The notes: a model not told the origin generated them from the sequence alone. 64,000 nt of DNA from Pontibacterium sp. (GCF_964228735.1 NZ_CAXRBQ010000158.1:4343-68342); one strand, 5' to 3'; shown: positions 41,350 to 52,467, counted from the first letter of the stretch. Program-made: numbers and translations.

Positions 41350-42417
41350 TTAGCCCTCAACCGGTCGCATTGCCAGACCACAGGCTTTTACCAGCGATGA
41401 CGCGTCTGCGGACAGGCGCTCCCGACTGATCTTGCTGTTGATCTTCATCTGCTGGAATGGATCAGCGGTCAGTGTTGTAACCCCGATCTCCTGCTCAATC
41501 TGCTGTGCCAATTCTTTGATGGCTGCAGTGCCGCCCATCAGGTACAAACGGTTCAATTCGCTGTGTACACCGGAGGAGTAGAAAAACTGCAACGCACGGG
41601 AAACCTGCTGCGCGATAGTGCCGCGAAACGGCAGCACAAACAGCTGCTGGATTTCAGCATTCAATTCACCCTGGCGCAGTTTCTGTTCCACTTCACCCAG
41701 TGGAATACCAAAGTGCTGGTGAATACTGTTGGTGAGTTCGTTTCCGCCGAACGCCTGCTCCCGGTTGTAAACGATCTGACCGTTACGGAACACGTTCAAC
41801 GTCAGAGTCGCCGCGCCGATATCAACGATACCGACCAGTTCGTCACTTTCTTGAGACTCTGTGCCTGCTTCCAATTGCGCGAAAGCCCGCTCAACCGCAT
41901 AGGTGTCTACATCCACGACTTCACACTTCAGGCCAGCCCCGGTAACTGCATCTTCGCGCAGTTCCACATCACTGCGTCGACAGGCAACCACCAGAATATC
42001 GTTGAAGTCGGTGTTGTGCTGGGAGGCGCCTTTTACCTCAAAATCGATCGCAACTTCATCCAGCGGGTAAGGGATAAACTGGTCGGCTTCGAGCTTAACC
42101 TGCTCTTCAAGTTCGATTTCGGAAAAGGAGTCGCTGATGGCGAGGGTTTTGGTGATAACAGCGGAGGAAGGAACGGCTACAACCACTTTTTTCAGTGACG
42201 TGCCTGCCACTTTGGCAGCGCGTTCGACTGCGTCGGCAACCTGCCCCACATCCTGTACATTACCGTCAATCACCGCTGCAGGCGGTACCGGTACGACAGC
42301 ATAACCATCCAGCGTAAATTGGCCAGACTGGTTTGTAAGGGCGACCAGCTTGACGAAGGAGGACCCGATATCCACCCCGATCAGACCGGAATCTTTTTTT
42401 CCAAAAAGAGCAAACAC
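41350..42417 (-). CDS. pilM: type IV pilus assembly ATPase-like protein PilM
   Basis: Actin-like fold with IGVDIGSSFVKLV at the N-terminus. Confidence 0.95.
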   Translation of the reverse strand: MFALFGKKDSGLIGVDIGSSFVKLVALTNQSGQFTLDGYAVVPVPPAAVIDGNVQDVGQVADAVERAAKVAGTSLKKVVVAVPSSAVITKTLAISDSFSEIELEEQVKLEADQFIPYPLDEVAIDFEVKGASQHNTDFNDILVVACRRSDVELREDAVTGAGLKCEVVDVDTYAVERAFAQLEAGTESQESDELVGIVDIGAATLTLNVFRNGQIVYNREQAFGGNELTNSIHQHFGIPLGEVEQKLRQGELNAEIQQLFVLPFRGTIAQQVSRALQFFYSSGVHSELNRLYLMGGTAAIKELAQQIEQEIGVTTLTADPFQQMKINSKISRERLSADASSLVKACGLAMRPVEG

Positions 42418-42691
42418 TAGGTCAATCCTTATCCTTGCCAGAATTCATTGAACTGAACGTTTCGTTTCGGATCACAATGTTGCCAACAGCCACCGTCCAA
42501 GTCGTATCCAGGCGGCAAACAAGCGTATGAAAGCGTAGCATACCTTCTGCAATACGAAAGATCAGCGAACCTTCTATTTTAATTACACTTAACTACAAAT
42601 TGACTGAAATAAATCAATTTGTCGCTAGAGTGATCAACCAGTACCAGTATAATAAGCGGCAGACAACGCAATTTCTTGAAAATACAGTAGC

Positions 42692-45151
42692 ATGCGCGTG
42701 ATAAAAAAACTGTTTAAGTACCTGGCAATACTCGGCTTTGTAGGCGTTATTATTGGCGCTGCCGTCGGCTTTGTGGCCTACAAACACTACTCTGCAGACC
42801 TGCCAGAGGTTAGCACCCTGCGCGATGTTAAATTCCAGACACCGTTGCGTATCTACAGCGCCGACGAGAAGCTGATTGCCGAATACGGTGAAAAGAAGCG
42901 TACCCCGGTCACTTATGACCAGATCCCACCGCAGTTTGTAAATGCCCTGCTGGCGGCTGAAGACAGTCGCTTCTTCGAGCACATGGGGATCGACATCAAG
43001 GGCCTGACGCGTGCCGCCGTGCAACTGGCCACCACGGGTAAAATCAAGAGTGGTGGCTCCACCATCACCATGCAGCTGGCCAAGAACTTCTTCCTGACCC
43101 GCGAGCGTACCTTCACCCGTAAATTCCGTGAAATCCTGCTGGCCCTGCGCATCGAGCAGGAGCTGAGCAAAGAAGAGATCTTCGAGCTTTACGTCAACAA
43201 GATCTACCTTGGCCACCGCTCCTACGGCATTCAGGCGGCGGCCAACACTTACTACGGCGAGAACCTGGATAAACTGACCATTGCCCAGCTGGCGATGATC
43301 GCGGGCCTGCCTAAAGCACCGTCTGCCAACAACCCGATCTCCAACCCGGACCGCGCCCTGACTCGTCGCAACTGGATTCTCGGCCGTATGCACAGCCTGA
43401 GCATGATCAATGATCAGGAGTACGAGGAAGCCCGCACTGAAGAGCTGACCGCAAAACGCCACGGCGCTGATATCGAGGTTGATGCCCAGTACATCGCTGA
43501 GATGGTGCGTAGTGACCTGTACGAGAAGTACGGCGACGACCTGTATACCGAAGGCTATCGTGTTTTCACCACCGTTAAGTCCGATCTCCAGGCTACCGCA
43601 AACGCAGCGCTGCAGAAGGGCCTGCTGTCCTACACGGAACGCCACGGCTACCGCGGCCCGGAAAAACAGTTCAGCGAAGCCGAGCTTCAGGATGAAGAGC
43701 AGCTACTGAAAACCCTGACCAAGATTGGCAATGTCAGTGACATTGAACCGGCTGTCATCGTCGCCCTGCAGAACAAGAGCATCGAAGTCCTGCGCAAGAC
43801 CGGCGAGAAAGCGACCTTAAACTGGGAACAGATTAACTGGGCACGCGAATACAAGTCGGCGAACCGTATGGGAGGCAAGCTGAAGACAGCCGCTGACGCC
43901 TTCAAGGTTGGTGACGTGGTACGCATCCAGCTGCGCACTGCTGACACCGCAAAGGACAAGAATAAATCTGCCGACACCGAACAGCGACAACAGATTTGGC
44001 ACCTGACCCAGATTCCGGAAGTACAGGGTGGCCTGATCTCGGTTGACCCGAACGACGGGGCAATTATATCACTGGTGGGTGGGTTCAACTTCCACCACAA
44101 CAAGTTCAACCGCGTGACCCAGGCCATCCGCCAGCCGGGTTCCAATATCAAGCCGTTTATCTATACGGCTGCGCTGGCGAACGGCTTTACACCGGCCACA
44201 CTGATCAACGACGCCCCGGTGGTGTTCCACGACGACCAACTGGAAGCCAACTGGCGTCCGGAGAACTACAGTAAGAAGTTCTACGGCCCTACCCGCCTGC
44301 GTGAAGCGCTGTACAAGTCCCGCAACCTGGTATCGATTCGGATACTTCGCCAGATCGGCGTACGTAACACAGTACAGTACCTGGAAAACTTCGGCTTCGA
44401 CAAAGATAAGCTGCCGCACAACCTATCCTTGTCACTGGGCAGTGCCGATATGACCCCGCTGCAGGTTGCACAGGGTTACGCCACCCTGGCAAACGGCGGT
44501 TACGGTATCAAGCCTTACTTTATCAAGCGCATCGAAGACAGCGAAGGCAATGTGATCTTCGCAGCCAAACCGGCCACTATTTGTGAGAACTGCCAGTACG
44601 TAGATCCGGAACAGCCGCCTGCGGCGATTCCACAGGGCATGCAGGTAACCAACCTGCCACTGGCAGAGCGCAAAGTGGACGAGCAGTCCGCCTACCTGAT
44701 CTACAACATGATGCAGGACGTGATCAAACGCGGCACCGGCCGTCGCGCGCTGGTGCTCAAGCGTAACGACCTGGCGGGCAAAACCGGCACCACCAACGAT
44801 CAGAAAGACGCCTGGTTCTCCGGCTTTAATAGCAATCTGACCACCACGGTCTGGGTGGGCTTTGACCAGCCGGAAACCCTAGGTCGCCGCGAGTTTGGTG
44901 GAACGGCAGCGCTGCCGATCTGGATCGACTACATGCGGATTGCCCTGAAAGACCAACCAGAGAGCGCCCCGGTGCCACCGGAAGGGATTGTCAGTGTGAA
45001 GATCGACCCCAAAACCGGCCTGCTGGCGACCCCAGGGCAGAAAAGCGCACTGTTTGAGTACTTCCGCGAAGACGACGCTCCAACCGAGATGGCCGCTCAG
45101 GCTGAGAGCTCTCAAAGCGGAAGCGGCGGCGGGACAGAAGATATCTTCTAA
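42692..45151 (+). CDS. mrcA: penicillin-binding protein 1A (bifunctional glycosyltransferase/transpeptidase)
   Basis: GT51 motifs EDSRFFEH and GGSTITMQ are present, with transpeptidase motifs SNIKP, SRN and KTGTT. Confidence 0.95.
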   Translation: MRVIKKLFKYLAILGFVGVIIGAAVGFVAYKHYSADLPEVSTLRDVKFQTPLRIYSADEKLIAEYGEKKRTPVTYDQIPPQFVNALLAAEDSRFFEHMGIDIKGLTRAAVQLATTGKIKSGGSTITMQLAKNFFLTRERTFTRKFREILLALRIEQELSKEEIFELYVNKIYLGHRSYGIQAAANTYYGENLDKLTIAQLAMIAGLPKAPSANNPISNPDRALTRRNWILGRMHSLSMINDQEYEEARTEELTAKRHGADIEVDAQYIAEMVRSDLYEKYGDDLYTEGYRVFTTVKSDLQATANAALQKGLLSYTERHGYRGPEKQFSEAELQDEEQLLKTLTKIGNVSDIEPAVIVALQNKSIEVLRKTGEKATLNWEQINWAREYKSANRMGGKLKTAADAFKVGDVVRIQLRTADTAKDKNKSADTEQRQQIWHLTQIPEVQGGLISVDPNDGAIISLVGGFNFHHNKFNRVTQAIRQPGSNIKPFIYTAALANGFTPATLINDAPVVFHDDQLEANWRPENYSKKFYGPTRLREALYKSRNLVSIRILRQIGVRNTVQYLENFGFDKDKLPHNLSLSLGSADMTPLQVAQGYATLANGGYGIKPYFIKRIEDSEGNVIFAAKPATICENCQYVDPEQPPAAIPQGMQVTNLPLAERKVDEQSAYLIYNMMQDVIKRGTGRRALVLKRNDLAGKTGTTNDQKDAWFSGFNSNLTTTVWVGFDQPETLGRREFGGTAALPIWIDYMRIALKDQPESAPVPPEGIVSVKIDPKTGLLATPGQKSALFEYFREDDAPTEMAAQAESSQSGSGGGTEDIF

Positions 45152-45174
45152 CGTTCATACCGATAATTGATACC

Positions 45175-45201
45175 AAAAGCCAGCGTCATGCTGGCTTTTT
45201 T
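45175..45201 (+). terminator. rho-independent terminator of mrcA
   Basis: aaaAGCCAGCgtcatGCTGGCTttttt. Confidence 0.85.
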
Positions 45202-45220
45202 CGGCCCGTTTTTCAGGCAC

Positions 45221-45252
45221 AAAAAAGCCCGGCCGAAGCCGGGCTTTCTTTT
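45221..45252 (-). terminator. rho-independent terminator of the malic enzyme gene
   Basis: Minus strand reads AAAGCCCGGCttcgGCCGGGCTTttttgt. Confidence 0.85.
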
Positions 45253-45265
45253 ATCCGCCCCTGAC

Positions 45266-46531
45266 TTATGTCAGGTCAGCTGCAGTACCCAGTGGGTAGT
45301 GGTCTGGCAGAGGCAGACGCGCTACACCGCTGTCGATTGCAGCCTGAGCAACCGCACCGGATACAGCACCCAGCAGGCGAGTATCGGTTGGCTTAGGGAT
45401 AATGTACTCACGACCGAATTCCAGGGAATCCAGGCCGTACGCGGTCAGTACTTCCTGAGTAACAGGCTCTTTCGCCAGCTCAGCGATCGCACGTACAGCA
45501 GCTGCTTTCATCTCTTCGTTGATCGCAGATGCACGAACATCCATTGCACCACGGAAGATGAACGGGAAGCCCAGTACGTTGTTTACCTGGTTCGGGAAGT
45601 CAGAACGGCCGGTCGCCATGATGACATCATCACGGGTCTCGTGAGCCAGCTCAGGACGGATCTCTGGATCCGGGTTTGCACATGCAAATACAACCGGGCT
45701 TGGCGCCATTTTAGCCAGCTGCTCAGCAGACAGCAGGTTAGGACCAGACAGACCAACGAATACGTCAGCACCGTCGATTGCATCATCCAGAGTACGCTTC
45801 TCAGTTTCAGTAGCAAATGCTGCTTTTTCTGGTGTCAGATCGTCACGACCAGAGTGGATCACACCCTTACGGTCCAGCATGTAGATGTTTTCTACTTTCG
45901 CACCCATGTTTACCAGCAGCTTCATGCATGCGTTAGCCGCTGCACCAGCGCCCAGGCAAACAATGCTTGCTTCAGACAGTTCTTTACCTGCGATTTCCAG
46001 CGCGTTGATCATGCCAGCCGCGGTTACGATAGCGGTACCGTGCTGGTCGTCGTGGAATACAGGGATGTTGCAACGCTCGATCAGAGCGCGCTCAATTTCA
46101 AAACACTCAGGTGCTTTGATGTCTTCCAGGTTGATACCACCGAAAGTTTCAGCAATACGAGCAACCGTATCGATGAAAGCCTGTGGGCTTTCTGCATCAA
46201 CTTCGATATCGATGGAATCCAGACCGGCAAACTTCTTGAACAGCAAAGACTTACCTTCCATAACTGGCTTGGAAGCCAGAGGGCCCAGGTCACCCAGACC
46301 CAGAATCGCGGAACCGTTGGAAATGACTGCTACCAGGTTACCCTTAGCGGTGTAACGGTAGGCATTTTCAGGGTCCTTAGCGATTTCACGCACCGGCTCA
46401 GCCACACCTGGGCTGTATGCCAGCGCCAAATCACGTGCAGATTCAGCAGAAGTGGACAACTCCACGCTGATCTTTCCCGGACGCGGGAACTCGTGATAAT
46501 CGAGTGCGGCTTGTTTCATATCTTGAGACAT
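45266..46531 (-). CDS. NAD(P)-dependent malic enzyme (short form, no PTA-like domain)
   Basis: ALDYHEFPRPGKISV, LAYSPGVA and the dinucleotide fold VCLGAGAAA. Length is 421 aa. Confidence 0.9.
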   Translation of the reverse strand: MSQDMKQAALDYHEFPRPGKISVELSTSAESARDLALAYSPGVAEPVREIAKDPENAYRYTAKGNLVAVISNGSAILGLGDLGPLASKPVMEGKSLLFKKFAGLDSIDIEVDAESPQAFIDTVARIAETFGGINLEDIKAPECFEIERALIERCNIPVFHDDQHGTAIVTAAGMINALEIAGKELSEASIVCLGAGAAANACMKLLVNMGAKVENIYMLDRKGVIHSGRDDLTPEKAAFATETEKRTLDDAIDGADVFVGLSGPNLLSAEQLAKMAPSPVVFACANPDPEIRPELAHETRDDVIMATGRSDFPNQVNNVLGFPFIFRGAMDVRASAINEEMKAAAVRAIAELAKEPVTQEVLTAYGLDSLEFGREYIIPKPTDTRLLGAVSGAVAQAAIDSGVARLPLPDHYPLGTAADLT

Positions 46532-46648
46532 GGCTGCTGTTCCAAATAGTTAACAAAAGACGAACTCAGAATCATATAGAAAAGGCCACAGCCCCACAAC
46601 CAGTGGGTCTACACCTGTCGTCAATAAATAAACAATTGGACTTTTTGA

Positions 46649-47449
46649 TTAGTCGGCCAAGAACCGCAGGTGATCCGGGTGGGAAATGTTGATAATCAAA
46701 GGCTTGTAGCCTTTTTTACGTACAGATTTACTGCCGCTCCGGTCCACCAACCAACCACGCACTTCGACCCTGTCCTTAGGTCGTAATCGGATACGCTCAG
46801 CATCATCAAATAGAGCCAGCACCTTGGTATCGATACGCAACACCACACGATCATCCAGTTCCACATACCAGGCACGACGCCCTTTGCTGACCTTGGTAAT
46901 TTCACCATACAGTAACGAAAAGCCAGTATGCCCCGCCGGTAAGGCCTGTACTGCAACTGGCCAGCGTTGCCCGGACCAGATCCCGCGTAGCGCGTTACGA
47001 GCCCGGTTTTCAGCCTGGCGCAAACAGCCACTCAGCTGGGTATTGGGTGGAATGGAAATAAAGAAGCCAAGGCCGCGTTCCAGCAATGCCTCTTCAACAT
47101 TCTTGCCGCTTGAGAAATAGAGATGTGCCAGCGTACGGCCGTATCGATCACGCGGATCGACACCTTGCTGCAATTGGGTAATTTGAGCGGCACGCTGAAC
47201 CAGAAAGTCGGTCGCCTCTTTGGCGCCCGGTTCCGGATTGCCGGTGTCGTAGCGCATCTCGGGTGTATTCACACCGATCAGCCGTACCGACGTACCGCTA
47301 TGAAGACGGACGGTATCCCCGTCGAAGACTTTTTCCACCTGGACCGTCTTTACATTGGTCGGTGGCGGACAGGCAGCCTGAACAGGCAACGCGCCCAAAA
47401 ACAAAAAGGCACCCCAGTGGAGTGCCTTTTTCGAACTTGCTCGAAGCAT
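46649..47449 (-). CDS. secreted thermonuclease (SNase) family protein with a C-terminal extension of about 100 aa
   Basis: Signal peptide, then the SNase motifs VFDGDTVRL, VRLIGVNTPE and DRYGRTLAHLY. Confidence 0.75.
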   Translation of the reverse strand: MLRASSKKALHWGAFLFLGALPVQAACPPPTNVKTVQVEKVFDGDTVRLHSGTSVRLIGVNTPEMRYDTGNPEPGAKEATDFLVQRAAQITQLQQGVDPRDRYGRTLAHLYFSSGKNVEEALLERGLGFFISIPPNTQLSGCLRQAENRARNALRGIWSGQRWPVAVQALPAGHTGFSLLYGEITKVSKGRRAWYVELDDRVVLRIDTKVLALFDDAERIRLRPKDRVEVRGWLVDRSGSKSVRKKGYKPLIINISHPDHLRFLAD

Positions 47450-47452
47450 TGA

Positions 47453-47668
47453 TTACTTCTTGAGAGAGCGAGCACCGAAGCGCTTGTTGAAGCGGTCAAC
47501 ACGACCACCAGTAGTCGCTTCTTTCTGCTTACCAGTGTAGAACGGGTGGCAAGCGGAGCATACGTCCAGGTGCATGTCCTGACCCAGGGTAGAACGAGTT
47601 TTCACTACGTTACCGCAGGAGCAAGTTGCAGAAATATCTTTGTATTCTGGGTGGATACCAGCTTTCAT
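47453..47668 (-). CDS. rpmE: 50S ribosomal protein L31 (Zn-binding type A)
   Basis: [17 protein letters not shown]...[12 protein letters not shown]. The upstream extension to 47725 in the ORF track is not needed. Confidence 0.9.
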   Translation of the reverse strand: MKAGIHPEYKDISATCSCGNVVKTRSTLGQDMHLDVCSACHPFYTGKQKEATTGGRVDRFNKRFGARSLKK

Positions 47669-47773
47669 TGTCAAAAACCTCAATTGGCGTGCCGCCACTT
47701 GGTCAACATTTGCCAAGCACCGCACCGGTTATTTTAGCGTAAACACACGGTCTACGCTGAGAGTAGGCCGCGC

Positions 47774-47802
47774 ATTATACGCACACTCAACACCCTCCGC
47801 AA
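47774..47802 (-). promoter_or_regulatory. candidate sigma-70 promoter of rpmE
   Basis: Coding strand reads TTGCGG-N17-TATAAT, leaving a leader of about 100 nt. Confidence 0.5.
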
Positions 47803-47887
47803 TCTTCCACACCATTTATTCTTACCCCAAAAGCCCCTAGACTAAGCCGTCTATTCCAGCGCCTCCATTACCGGGAAAACTGATCCA

Positions 47888-50095
47888 ATGGTCGTTCTCA
47901 GACTTGCCCTGCCAACCCCTATGCGCCGCCTGTTCGATTACCTGCCACCGGCCGGTATCGACTGCACGTTTTTAAAGCCCGGTGTGCGTTTACGGGTACC
48001 GTTTGGCAACCGCCAGTTGGTTGGCCTGTTGATCGAGGTGAGTGATCACTCCGAGTTTCCGGAACACAAACTCAAGGCGGCACTGGAGCTGCTCGATCAA
48101 ACCCCACCTTTGCCACAGCACCTGTTTGATCTGGCGCGCTGGGCGGCCAGCTATTATCAACACCCGATTGGCGATGCCCTGGCTCAAGCCCTGCCGGTGA
48201 TGCTGCGTAAGGGCAACGCCTGTGAATACCTGCATGAACACCTGTGGCGGGCCTGCGAAGGCGTGGTTCCCGAGGACGCCGGCTCCCGTGCCAAGAAACA
48301 ACAGGCACTGTTAGCGTTGCTGATCAAACATCCCCACGGCATCAGCAACGATGCGATCCGTGCCGAAGGTTATAAGACGGAATATTTGCGCCCGCTGGAA
48401 GAGAAAGGGCTGGCCGAGCGGTTTATCCACCACCCTCACCGGGCGAATGCAGAACGCACCAAAGACCTGCTGCACGAAGCACCACTTACCCTGAACGAAC
48501 AGCAGCAGGGCGCACTGGATGAGATCAACGACAGCTCCGGCTTCGCACCGATCCTGCTGGAAGGCATCACCGGCTCCGGAAAAACCGAGATCTACCTGCA
48601 GGCGATTGAGCGCCAGCTGGGGATGGGCAAACAGGCGTTGGTCTTGGTGCCCGAGATCGGCCTGACCCCACAGACGGTGACCCGCTTTAAGCAGCGCTTT
48701 AACGTGCCGGTGGTTGCCCTGCACTCCAATATGACCGACCGCCAGCGACTCGATGCCTGGCTGGATGCCCGTGAAGGTGAAGCCCGTATCATCATCGGCA
48801 CCCGCTCGGCGATTTTCACGCCGATGAAGGACCCAGGCATCATCATTGTCGACGAAGAGCACGACCCATCCTTCAAGCAGCAGGACGGCTATCGCTACTC
48901 AGCACGCGATCTGGCCGTCTTCCGTGCCCAGAAGGAAGATGTAGCTGTAGTACTGGGCAGCGCCACGCCATCCTTGGAGACACTGCACAACGCCCAACAG
49001 GGTCGCTATCAATGGATGCGTGTCACCCAACGTGCGGGCAATGCCAAGGCACCGACGTTCGAGCTACTAGACACACGCAATATTCCACTACAGGCGGGAT
49101 TATCCACACCTCTGGTGCAACGTATTCGCCATACCCTGGAACAGGGCACCCAAGTGCTGGTGTTTATCAACCGGCGTGGTTTTTCCCCCGCGCTGAGCTG
49201 TCACGACTGCGGCTGGATCGCCGACTGCAACCGCTGCGATGCGCATATGACCCTGCACCGCTCGCCACCCCACTTGCACTGTCACCATTGCGACAAGCAG
49301 ACACCGATCCCGGCCCGCTGTGGCAACTGCGGCAGCGATCAGCTCAAGCCGGTAGGTGCGGGTACTGAACGTACCGAAGACACGCTGCAGAAACTGTTCC
49401 CAGACGTGCCCGTGCTGCGTATCGACCGCGATACCACCCAGCGCAAGGACGCCATGGCGCAGATGATGCAACAGATCCACACCGGCGAGCCCTGTATTCT
49501 GGTCGGCACCCAGATGCTCGCCAAGGGGCACCACTTCCCCAAAGTAACCCTTGTCGCAATTTTGAATGCAGACAGCGGCCTGTTTAGTGCAGACTTCAGG
49601 GGGATGGAGCGCACCGCGCAGTTGATTCTGCAGGTGGCCGGCCGCGCAGGTCGGGCGAATCACCCCGGCACAGTGATCATGCAAACCCACCATGCCGACC
49701 ACCCGACCCTGCAACACCTGGTTCAGGTGGGTTATTACGCCTTTGCCCAGCAGGAGTTGATTCAACGCCAGCAGGCCCAGCTGCCGCCATTCACCCACTA
49801 CGCGTTAGTACGCGCAGAGGCGAACGGCAACGGCCGTGCCGAAGCATTTTTGCGCGCCATTCGCGAACAGCTGGAGAGTGACATCCTGCTGCCAGCAGGT
49901 GTGCGCTGGCTGGGACCGTTCCCGTCACCGATGGAGAAGCGGGCAGGTATGCATCGGGCGCAACTGCTGGTTCAGGGCGACAATCGCCGTCATTTGCACC
50001 AGTTGCTGGATAGCCTGACCTACTATCTGGAACTCTCCAAAGAAGCCCGTCAGGTACGTTGGTCGATCGACGTTGACCCGGTTGATACTTTTTAA
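47888..50095 (+). CDS. priA: primosomal replication restart helicase PriA
   Basis: Walker A GITGSGKTE, DEEHD, and the Cys-rich Zn insert (C..CGW...C..C...H...CH.C). Confidence 0.95.
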   Translation: MVVLRLALPTPMRRLFDYLPPAGIDCTFLKPGVRLRVPFGNRQLVGLLIEVSDHSEFPEHKLKAALELLDQTPPLPQHLFDLARWAASYYQHPIGDALAQALPVMLRKGNACEYLHEHLWRACEGVVPEDAGSRAKKQQALLALLIKHPHGISNDAIRAEGYKTEYLRPLEEKGLAERFIHHPHRANAERTKDLLHEAPLTLNEQQQGALDEINDSSGFAPILLEGITGSGKTEIYLQAIERQLGMGKQALVLVPEIGLTPQTVTRFKQRFNVPVVALHSNMTDRQRLDAWLDAREGEARIIIGTRSAIFTPMKDPGIIIVDEEHDPSFKQQDGYRYSARDLAVFRAQKEDVAVVLGSATPSLETLHNAQQGRYQWMRVTQRAGNAKAPTFELLDTRNIPLQAGLSTPLVQRIRHTLEQGTQVLVFINRRGFSPALSCHDCGWIADCNRCDAHMTLHRSPPHLHCHHCDKQTPIPARCGNCGSDQLKPVGAGTERTEDTLQKLFPDVPVLRIDRDTTQRKDAMAQMMQQIHTGEPCILVGTQMLAKGHHFPKVTLVAILNADSGLFSADFRGMERTAQLILQVAGRAGRANHPGTVIMQTHHADHPTLQHLVQVGYYAFAQQELIQRQQAQLPPFTHYALVRAEANGNGRAEAFLRAIREQLESDILLPAGVRWLGPFPSPMEKRAGMHRAQLLVQGDNRRHLHQLLDSLTYYLELSKEARQVRWSIDVDPVDTF

Positions 50096-50107
50096 TCAGC
50101 CGACCGC

Positions 50108-50134
50108 TAAACCTTTCAGCCTATTGACCGATAG
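50108..50134 (+). promoter_or_regulatory. candidate sigma-28 (FliA) promoter of the MCP gene
   Basis: TAAACCTT-N11-ACCGATAG compared with the consensus TAAAGTTT-N11-GCCGATAA. It lies about 95 nt upstream of the MCP start. Confidence 0.4.
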
Positions 50135-50225
50135 AGCATAGATAGGGGTAAGTCCTTAACGCTTTAGTTTACATTTTTTCAAAACTGTAACTATGCTTGG
50201 CTCTACCCAAAAGTAGAATAATAAA

Positions 50226-52220
50226 ATGACGAGGAAGACTATGAGGCTGAGTATTACCCAGAAGATCGCTCTGGGTTTCGCCGTAATGGTGCTGTTTATC
50301 GCCGTTGTTGGCAGTGGCGGGCTACTGAGCAACAACAACATCTATGAACGTCTATACAACGTCACGGACGAGGCACTGCCAACGTTGTCGGCCAGCTTTG
50401 AGCAGATGGTCAACCTGCAGGAAGCCAACCAGGCGCTGTACAACGCCCTCGCCCAGCAGAGCGCGAAGCAGTTGAACCAGCAACGCAAGGTGTTCGAAGC
50501 GCAGATGACCCGCTTCAACGAAGACCTGCAGCAGATGCGCCCGATGATCGAACAGGATCCGGAACTGCGCAGCTCCTTCGAGCAGATTGAAAGTCTGAGC
50601 CAGGAGTTCTCCCAAGTTGCGAGCAGCGTAATCAAAGAGCAGAAAGAGCGCCTTATCCTCGACCGCCGCATCGTCGAAGCCCAGATCAAGTTTCAGGGTC
50701 TGAGCGATGCGCTGACCTCGTGGACCCAGCGTTACCTAAGCCGTAGCGATAACTTCGACGGCATGATCCAGGCACGTATGATGACCCGTGCGCTGAGTGC
50801 CCATAAATTCCAGCTGATCAACTATCAGCGCACCCGCGACCTGCCAGCGCTGAACACCGATCTGGAAGGCACCAAGGGTGACCTGATCAAATCTCATGAG
50901 AAGTTTGTCGCTAAGGAACAGAAAGCCAGCCAGGTACAGACGCTGGTGGATGACCTGGACAAAAACCTCTACGGCGACAGCGGCCTGGTGGCCTTCTACC
51001 GCGGTCGTGTAGCCGTGGGCAAACGCCTGGATCAGGATCTGGTACGTACTGCGGCACTGATCAACGAGACCCGCGGCGCCGTGGATAGCTTTATCCAGAA
51101 CGCTCGCAGCCGCGCCGAAGCCGCACGTAGCGATGCCAACGAAACCATCGCCTTCAGCCGCACGCTGATTCTGGGTCTGATGGCCGGCTCCATTGTGGTT
51201 GCGGTAATGGTCGCCCTGTTTACCATCAACACCCTGCGCCGCCCACTGGACGAGATCCGCACCCGCCTGGCACAGCTGCAGCAGGGTGACCTGCGCGTTA
51301 GCTTTGATCAGGAGCGTAAGGATGAATTTGGTGATCTGGGCACCTCGCTGAACGCAGTAACCCTGGGTCTGAAAGAGATCCTCGAACAGATCTCCACCGG
51401 CTCCAAACGTCTGTCGGATGTGGCCCAGCAGAACGCGACCATCAGCCAGCAGACTACCGCTTCCATGAATAGCCAGAGTTCCCAGCTGGATCTGACGGCG
51501 GCGGCAGCCACTCAGCTGGAAAGCAGTGTTTCCGAAGTCGCCGGTCACAGCAACACCACCCTGGAAGCCGTGCGCCAGTGTGAAGACCTGACCAAGAACG
51601 TGAATCTGCAGGTCTCCAACACACTCACCAGTATCGAAACCCAGGCAAAAGGGATTGATCAGGCTAAGAGCGCCAGCAACGAACTGGCCGGTTTCAGCAA
51701 TGAGATCGAATCGATCCTGACCACCATCGAGAACATCGCCGAACGCACCAACCTGCTGGCACTGAACGCAGCGATCGAAGCCGCCCGTGCCGGTGAGCAT
51801 GGCCGTGGTTTTGCCGTGGTAGCCGACGAGGTGCGCGAACTGGCCAGCCGCACCCAGAACTCCGTTCAGGAGATTCAGACCATGGTGGACAACATGCAGT
51901 CCAGCATCGGTCGCGTGGTCCATGTGATGAACGACAGTTATTCACAGGCCCAGAAGTGTGTGGAACACGCTAACACTTCGCAGGAAGCGCTGGATGCGAT
52001 GAACAATGCCATCGCCTACATCCGCGAACTGAATACCCAGATCGCCGAAGCGGCACAGCAACAAACCTCCGCCGTCGAGGAAGTGAGCCAGACTCTCACC
52101 GAGATCAACACCGCCGCCGCAGAAACCGCCCAGGGTGCGGATAAAGCCGCCAGCGGCAGCAGCGAACTGCTCAACTTCGCCCAGCAACAGCAGCAACTGC
52201 TGGGGCGTTTCTCCGTCTGA
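50226..52220 (+). CDS. methyl-accepting chemotaxis protein
   Basis: TM1, a helical periplasmic domain of about 290 aa, TM2 and HAMP are followed by the highly conserved signalling hairpin [31 protein letters not shown]. Confidence 0.9.
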   Translation: MTRKTMRLSITQKIALGFAVMVLFIAVVGSGGLLSNNNIYERLYNVTDEALPTLSASFEQMVNLQEANQALYNALAQQSAKQLNQQRKVFEAQMTRFNEDLQQMRPMIEQDPELRSSFEQIESLSQEFSQVASSVIKEQKERLILDRRIVEAQIKFQGLSDALTSWTQRYLSRSDNFDGMIQARMMTRALSAHKFQLINYQRTRDLPALNTDLEGTKGDLIKSHEKFVAKEQKASQVQTLVDDLDKNLYGDSGLVAFYRGRVAVGKRLDQDLVRTAALINETRGAVDSFIQNARSRAEAARSDANETIAFSRTLILGLMAGSIVVAVMVALFTINTLRRPLDEIRTRLAQLQQGDLRVSFDQERKDEFGDLGTSLNAVTLGLKEILEQISTGSKRLSDVAQQNATISQQTTASMNSQSSQLDLTAAAATQLESSVSEVAGHSNTTLEAVRQCEDLTKNVNLQVSNTLTSIETQAKGIDQAKSASNELAGFSNEIESILTTIENIAERTNLLALNAAIEAARAGEHGRGFAVVADEVRELASRTQNSVQEIQTMVDNMQSSIGRVVHVMNDSYSQAQKCVEHANTSQEALDAMNNAIAYIRELNTQIAEAAQQQTSAVEEVSQTLTEINTAAAETAQGADKAASGSSELLNFAQQQQQLLGRFSV

Positions 52221-52231
52221 ATCAAACACCT

Positions 52232-52261
52232 GCGGGAGTGGTTGGCAACAACCACTCCCGC
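52232..52261 (+). terminator. stable hairpin downstream of the MCP gene (no U-tract)
   Basis: GCGGGAGTGGTTGgcaaCAACCACTCCCGC has a 13-bp perfect stem. Confidence 0.4.
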
Positions 52262-52467
52262 CCCTCCTCAGGGGCTTAACAATTCCCATCGATCCGGGGA
52301 TAATGAGTCCGCTTTACACACTCCGCATACGCAACGCACCTTCCGGCTGCCTCCGCTGTATGCAGGATGTTCCCGTAACAAACAACCCGGTATCCTGACG
52401 CCCAATGAACACAGCGACCGCACCCCTGCACCCGCTTATCCACACTGCATTGGAGCAGGTATAACCC

